Under the pieces are notes generated by a model that was not told where the DNA came from, made no database searches, and was given only the letters and a program-made list of their open reading frames with translations. Shown one piece after another: positions 59,276 through 64,000 of a DNA stretch of 64,000 nucleotides. Numbering within the stretch: the stretch's first letter is position 1; every line of letters begins with the position of its first letter. The position numbers were made by a program, and so were the translations under genes. Source of the DNA: an uncultured Candidatus Binatia bacterium (GTDB taxonomy: Bacteria > Desulfobacterota > Binatia > Bin18); contig OZ241744.1 of the NCBI GenBank assembly GCA_965200965.1, forward strand, positions 1,344,001 to 1,408,000. Direction: 5' to 3'.

Positions 59276-60011
59276 TGGCCTTTCCCCCTTGCAGTACGCC
59301 GCCGCCTGGGCGGTCCATGTCTATACAGCTTCGGGCTTTGTCGTTGGCTTTCTGGCTCTGCGGGCAACCGTGGACGGGCGGCCGCAGAGCGCCTTCTCGT
59401 GGATGCTGATCGCCGTGCTGATTGATGCGACAGACGGGATGCTGGCCCGAGCCGCACAGGTCAAACGGATCGTGCCGTGGTTCAACGGGGCCAAACTCGA
59501 CGACCTCGTTGACTATTTCACCTATGTCATCGTCCCCGCTGTGTTTGTCTATCAGTTCCAGCTTCTGCCGGCCTCAGCCGGCCTGCCCTTTGCCGGCCTC
59601 ATCCTTGTGGCCAGCGGCTATGGCTTCTGTCAGGCCGAGGCCAAAACCGCGGATTTCTTCTTCAGCGGTTTTCCATCGTACTGGAATATCGTGGTCTTCT
59701 ACCTGTATGCCGCCCAGACGCCAGCTTGGCTGAACGCCGGCGTGGTGGCCTTGTGCGCCGGCCTCGTCTTTGTGCCCATTCGGTATGTCTATCCCTCCCG
59801 TACCGTCCCTTTGCGTGGCCTGACCACCAGCCTTGGGGTGGCCTGGGCCGTCCTGCTGGGCATCCTCATCTGGCAGCTGCCCAGCCCGAACCGGTGGCTG
59901 CTCGGAGCGTCGTTGAGCTACCCACTCTACTACACGCTCCTGTCCGTCTACCTGCAAACCACACTGCCACGCGCGGCTAAGGCCAAACAGACCGCGAGTT
60001 CTCCACGATAA
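59241..60011 (+). CDS. pcs: Phosphatidylcholine synthase
   Basis: VHVYTASG, DATDGMLAR, LDDLVDYFTY, FSGFPSYWN, YVYPSR. Confidence 0.85.
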   Translation: MNHASVPNNSADGLSPLQYAAAWAVHVYTASGFVVGFLALRATVDGRPQSAFSWMLIAVLIDATDGMLARAAQVKRIVPWFNGAKLDDLVDYFTYVIVPAVFVYQFQLLPASAGLPFAGLILVASGYGFCQAEAKTADFFFSGFPSYWNIVVFYLYAAQTPAWLNAGVVALCAGLVFVPIRYVYPSRTVPLRGLTTSLGVAWAVLLGILIWQLPSPNRWLLGASLSYPLYYTLLSVYLQTTLPRAAKAKQTASSPR

Positions 60012-60720
60012 GGGGAGAATCCGGACGCCAGGACCGGAACCGTTTCTTGCGCGCCCGCCAACGCTTGAAGGCCAAAGACAGCGGGCCACCGACGACGCCG
60101 GCCACAAATCCCCCCACATGCGCCCCCCATGTCATCAACTGCTCGTTGCGGGCGAGGAGATAGAGTTCAGAGCCGAGCAACAAGACCAGCCAGACCAGCA
60201 CATAGCCAAGGGTCGGAACCCGAACAAGCCGGAAAACAGGCGGAATGACCGTCAGAACGCGCCCGGTCGGATAAAAGACACAGTAGGCCCCGGCCAGCGC
60301 GGCAATGGTACCGCTGGCCCCGATCATCGGTACGGTCGAAAACGGTGCTACCCAGGTCTGCACCAGCATGGCCACCGCTCCGCCGAAGCAGAAGAAGACG
60401 ACATAGCGGCCAGCGCCCAGCCGATCCTCGACATGCCGACCAAAGACATACAGAAAAAACAGGTTGCCGATCAAATGGGTCCATCTGCCGTGTAAGAACA
60501 TACTGCTCAGGAGGGGCGAGAGGCGCGGGAACTGGCGCTGCTCAATGGCTTCGGTGAACTCGGCCGGAATCCAGCCGTAGCGGGCAAAAAACGCATCCAG
60601 GCCGGGGCCGTTGTGGTGTTGGTCCAATTCATAGCCGAACAGGCCGATACAGGCCACCATCACGGCGCAGGTTGCCCACGGAGGGCGCTGCAAAGGGATC
60701 GTTGAGCCGAGTGGAATCAT
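59977..60720 (-). CDS. Rhomboid family intramembrane serine protease
   Basis: SMFLHG..HLIGN, GASG, AHVGGF. Confidence 0.9.
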   Translation of the reverse strand: MIPLGSTIPLQRPPWATCAVMVACIGLFGYELDQHHNGPGLDAFFARYGWIPAEFTEAIEQRQFPRLSPLLSSMFLHGRWTHLIGNLFFLYVFGRHVEDRLGAGRYVVFFCFGGAVAMLVQTWVAPFSTVPMIGASGTIAALAGAYCVFYPTGRVLTVIPPVFRLVRVPTLGYVLVWLVLLLGSELYLLARNEQLMTWGAHVGGFVAGVVGGPLSLAFKRWRARKKRFRSWRPDSPLIVENSRSVWP

Positions 60721-60814
60721 GGGGGCAGAAACGCTGGGAGAGCTTGTGTTGTGTGCCGGACTTAGCGAGCTCCTTATAGCACCAGCGTGTCAGGTATGAT
60801 AGGAGAAGAGGACG

Positions 60815-61159
60815 ATGCCGATTTACGATTACCGCTGCCAAGCGTGTCACACAACGCAGAGTCTGCTCTTCCTCAGCCTGGTTGAGGCCGAGGCTGAGGA
60901 GCGGACGGCCACCTGTCAGCGGTGCGGCAAACCTCGGCTCAGCCGCATCCTGTCCCGTTTTGCCTACCATCAGAGCGAGGCGATCCGTCTCCAGGACTTT
61001 GATACCGGTACCGCGCGGGACGAATCCTTCTACCGCGACTCTCGCAATGTCGGTCTGTGGGCAAAGAAACGGGCCGAAGAGATGGGGGTTGACCTGGGGG
61101 CACAGTTTGAAGAAACCGTGGAAAAAGCCCGGAGCGGGAAGATCGGCGATGATCTCTAA
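60815..61159 (+). CDS. FmdB-like zinc-ribbon protein
   Basis: MPIYDYRCQAC...CQRCG. Confidence 0.85.
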   Translation: MPIYDYRCQACHTTQSLLFLSLVEAEAEERTATCQRCGKPRLSRILSRFAYHQSEAIRLQDFDTGTARDESFYRDSRNVGLWAKKRAEEMGVDLGAQFEETVEKARSGKIGDDL

Positions 61160-61222
61160 ACGCTCTCTGCCCTCATCGCCCGCGCCCGCGGCCTCCCGCT
61201 TGTCCGGGCATAGGTCGGTGCT

Positions 61223-61507
61223 ATGATCCGTCGGGCGCGCACCCTCGTGTGGCGGGCGTGTCGCGTGGTCGGCGGGATTGCGCTCGTCGTGGTCGGCGGC
61301 GTGCTCAGTCTCCCCGGCATCCCAGGTCCCGGCATTGTGGTGGTCATCTTGGGCTTGGGCCTGCTGAGTTCGGAGTTTCACTGGGCCGACCGGCTGTACA
61401 GCCGGGTCAAGAAGACGGGCCAGGCCCTTGTCCGGCGCGCGCAATCAAAAAGGAAGGGCACGGATGGATGCCAAGGACCGTTTGGGCAGTCAACGCGACA
61501 GGGCTGA
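61223..61507 (+). CDS. PGPGW family small membrane protein
   Basis: PGIPGPG..LGLGLLSSEFHWA. Confidence 0.8.
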   Translation: MIRRARTLVWRACRVVGGIALVVVGGVLSLPGIPGPGIVVVILGLGLLSSEFHWADRLYSRVKKTGQALVRRAQSKRKGTDGCQGPFGQSTRQG

Positions 61508-61624
61508 GAAGGGAAACGATAACACCCGCACTCATCAAGAAGATATCATCGTTCGCCTGTGCCGAAGAAGCGCACTATTTTGCCAAGCGCGACCACGAGC
61601 CCGTCGGTAAAAAGGAGGGGGTCA

Positions 61625-62242
61625 ATGTCCAACACCATCACGCTGTACGATTTCCCCATGTCCCCACGGGTCCGCAAGGTCCGCATCGTACTGGCTGAAA
61701 AGGGCCTGGAGTACGAAAAGGTGAACATTGATATCACCAAAGGCGAGCAGAAAACGCCCGAATATCTGGCCATCAACCCCTACGGCAAGGTGCCAGCCCT
61801 CCAGGACACGGGGACGACCGTGTACGAGTCAACTATTATCATGGAGTACCTGAACGACACCTGCCCAGACCCGGCCCTCCTGCCCCAAGACCCCGGCCAA
61901 CGCGCCCGGGCGCGTGTCCTCATGCACTACGCCGACAATCCGTATGAAAGCGCTATTGCCACCTTGGCCGGGGAAATCATCTTCAAGCCGATGCAAGGCG
62001 GCAGCCCGGACAGGGCGGTGGTAAGTCAGGCCACGGCCGACCTGAACACCTGCTTTGACAAAATCGCCCACGAGTTGGGCAAGCAGGACTATCTCTCAGC
62101 CTCGGGCTTCAGCCTGGCCGATATCGCGTATGTGTCCTGGTCGCTGCTGTTTCCTGTGCTCAAGGTCACGGTCCCTCACCCCAGACTCGAGGCGTGGCTT
62201 AAACGGCTGCAAGAGCGGCCGAGTGTTCAGGCCGCGGGGTGA
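61625..62242 (+). CDS. Glutathione S-transferase
   Basis: SPRVRKV..EKGL, NPYGKVPAL, ESTII.EYL, FSLADI; RBS aggagg. Confidence 0.93.
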   Translation: MSNTITLYDFPMSPRVRKVRIVLAEKGLEYEKVNIDITKGEQKTPEYLAINPYGKVPALQDTGTTVYESTIIMEYLNDTCPDPALLPQDPGQRARARVLMHYADNPYESAIATLAGEIIFKPMQGGSPDRAVVSQATADLNTCFDKIAHELGKQDYLSASGFSLADIAYVSWSLLFPVLKVTVPHPRLEAWLKRLQERPSVQAAG

Positions 62243-62257
62243 AGGCGAAGGGCAAAT

Positions 62258-62932
62258 ATGTTCAGCGGGATTATTGAGACGAGCGGGACGATTACCCGGA
62301 TTGACGCCATCGCCGAGGGGGTGCGGCTCAGCCTGTCGAGTGCGCTGCCGGTGGCTGAGGTCAATCTTGGGGAAAGTATTTGTGTCAACGGGACCTGCCT
62401 GACGGTGACCGAGGTCGGTGACTCAGGGCTGAGCTTTGCGGTCTCGGCCGAGTCGCTGCGGCGCACCAACTTGGGCGAGTTGAGGCTAGGCTCGGTCGTC
62501 AACCTTGAGCGTTCGCTGCGGCTGGAGGGCCGTTTGTCCGGCCATCTGGTCTTTGGCCATGTTGACGGCCTCGGCTCAGTTGCCTCAATTCAGGCCGAGG
62601 GAGATTCGTTTCTGTACACCTTTGCGATTCCGCGGGAGTTGAGCCGCTATCTGGTTGAAAAGGGATCGGTTGCGGTGGACGGCATCAGTCTGACGGTTTT
62701 TGACTGTCAGCCACGGTCCTTCACCTGCTCAATCATTCCCCATACCTATCAACTCACAACCCTCAAACACCGCCAGACCGGCGACCGGGTCAATATCGAG
62801 GCCGATATGCAGGGCAAGTATATCGAGCAGTTTGTCAAAGAGACGCTTGAGGGCTATCTGTCAGGCCCGCTCCAGGAACTGCGCAATGAGTTGGCATCGC
62901 TCAGACGACAGCTGCAAGAGCCGAAAACATAA
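62258..62932 (+). CDS. ribE: Riboflavin synthase (alpha chain)
   Basis: MFSGII, SICVNGTCLTV, GHVDG, KGSVAVDGISLT, VNIEAD. Confidence 0.95.
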   Translation: MFSGIIETSGTITRIDAIAEGVRLSLSSALPVAEVNLGESICVNGTCLTVTEVGDSGLSFAVSAESLRRTNLGELRLGSVVNLERSLRLEGRLSGHLVFGHVDGLGSVASIQAEGDSFLYTFAIPRELSRYLVEKGSVAVDGISLTVFDCQPRSFTCSIIPHTYQLTTLKHRQTGDRVNIEADMQGKYIEQFVKETLEGYLSGPLQELRNELASLRRQLQEPKT

Positions 62933-63103
62933 AACGTGTCTGCTGTCCGTCCACGCCACCCGCGCCTTGGACTGATGCACTGCCTCTCGCCGCGCCCCCT
63001 CCGCAATTGACCCGCTGTCGCCGATACGATAGCACAGGCTACGACAGCGTGCGCCTCAGACACGCCTGATAGGAAAGCCGAGCATACAGGGAGGAGGACA
63101 ACC

Positions 63104-63457
63104 ATGACCTACATCATCACCAGGCTGTGTCGAGACTGCCTTGACACCGGCTGTGTGGCCGTCTGCCCGGTAGACTGCATCTATAAATACACCGGTGATG
63201 ACCACGAGCGGTTCCCCAACCAACTCTACATTCATCCTGACGAATGTATTGACTGTGGAGCGTGTGAGCCGGAATGTCCCTGGCAAGCCATTTTTGAGGA
63301 GGTGGCCGTCCCTGACGTGTTTGCCGAGGATACGCCCTTGAACTATGCGATGGTTGAGCCGATCGACGACTTTGAGGTCGCCGTTCACGAGAAACCGGAC
63401 AATCCCTCGCCCGAGGAAATCCAAGCCAATAAAGAGAAATGGGGCTGGGACGGCTGA
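63104..63457 (+). CDS. fdxA: FdxA-type dicluster ferredoxin
   Basis: MTYII..C..C....[10 protein letters not shown]; [12 protein letters not shown]. Confidence 0.85.
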   Translation: MTYIITRLCRDCLDTGCVAVCPVDCIYKYTGDDHERFPNQLYIHPDECIDCGACEPECPWQAIFEEVAVPDVFAEDTPLNYAMVEPIDDFEVAVHEKPDNPSPEEIQANKEKWGWDG

Positions 63458-63466
63458 CACGAACAA

Positions 63467-63491
63467 GGCAAAGGGCGCGCGGCCCTTTGCC
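63467..63491. terminator. Hairpin between convergent genes
   Basis: ggcaaagggc/gccctttgcc perfect 10 bp stem. Confidence 0.55.
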
Positions 63492-63499
63492 CGGCCTCG

Positions 63500-64000
63500 T
63501 CAGGCGCTGCGCTTGAGCTCTTCTTCGACCAGGACCAAGCGGTCGTTGCCAAAAAACATTGCGCCGTTGACAAACATGGTCGGCGTGCCATAGCCGCCCC
63601 GCCGCATGAGCTCATCGGTGTTGGCCCGGATACGGTCTTTGTAGTCCTGGCGGGCGATCTTGTCGAAATACTCCTGCGGGTCAAGCCCGACCGCCTCCAC
63701 AATGGCGCGCAGCACCGCATCCTGGCTGATGTCCTTGTCCTCCCCCCAATAGGTCTCAAACACGCGGAAGCTGTAGGGCAGAAAGGTGTTCGGATGCTCC
63801 AGCGCTACCAGGGCACCGCGCAGGGCTTTGACCGAGTTGACCGGAAACACGCTGGGCGGGTTTTTAATGGTCAGCGCGTAGTAGCGCGCCCAGTCCTGCA
63901 TGTCCTTGGCCATATATTTTTGCTTGGCCGCAACGCCCTTCTCGCGGAACTCGTAGACCGACGGATTGATTGTGTTGAAGATGCCGCCGACCAGAATGGG
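63500..64000 (-). CDS. 2-hydroxychromene-2-carboxylate isomerase / DsbA-like protein (5' end outside window)
   Basis: PILVGGIF, FPVNSVKALRG, GGYGTPTMFV, FFGNDRL. Confidence 0.88.
   Translation of the reverse strand, partial: PILVGGIFNTINPSVYEFREKGVAAKQKYMAKDMQDWARYYALTIKNPPSVFPVNSVKALRGALVALEHPNTFLPYSFRVFETYWGEDKDISQDAVLRAIVEAVGLDPQEYFDKIARQDYKDRIRANTDELMRRGGYGTPTMFVNGAMFFGNDRLVLVEEELKRSA

Overview
High-GC, gene-dense window from a diderm bacterium (lpxD, AsmA, MltA, DUF1302 barrel). The expanded LLM oxidoreductases, D-aminoacylase-type amidohydrolases, DUF1329/DUF1302, an ankyrin lipoprotein and a repeat-rich surface protein suggest a Binatia/deltaproteobacteria-like, possibly host-associated organism (inference only). 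Core content: nadE, lpxD, hisG, rpmF, ribE, uup, mltA, pcs, a complete A1-type cytochrome c oxidase operon with maturation genes, tRNA-Arg(CCG), two ferredoxins and several transporters. The accessory left third holds a broken M.PvuII-like methylase/HNH nuclease pair, a tandem pair of NorD/CbbO-like VWA genes (one intact, one eroded), a ~1080 aa modular surface protein with a near-identical in-frame beta-helix repeat array, a GT-C glycosyltransferase with a G11 tract, and a divergent amidohydrolase/DUF1329-DUF1302-DUF1326-DUF2182 catabolic cluster. Several genes survive only as short pieces fused by large internal deletions, including a benA/benB-like remnant that no listed ORF captures as such. 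A ~230 nt structured non-coding element lies upstream of a DUF983 gene. I found no CRISPR array, rRNA, integrase or transposase. All family calls come from motif recognition by eye, not database searches.
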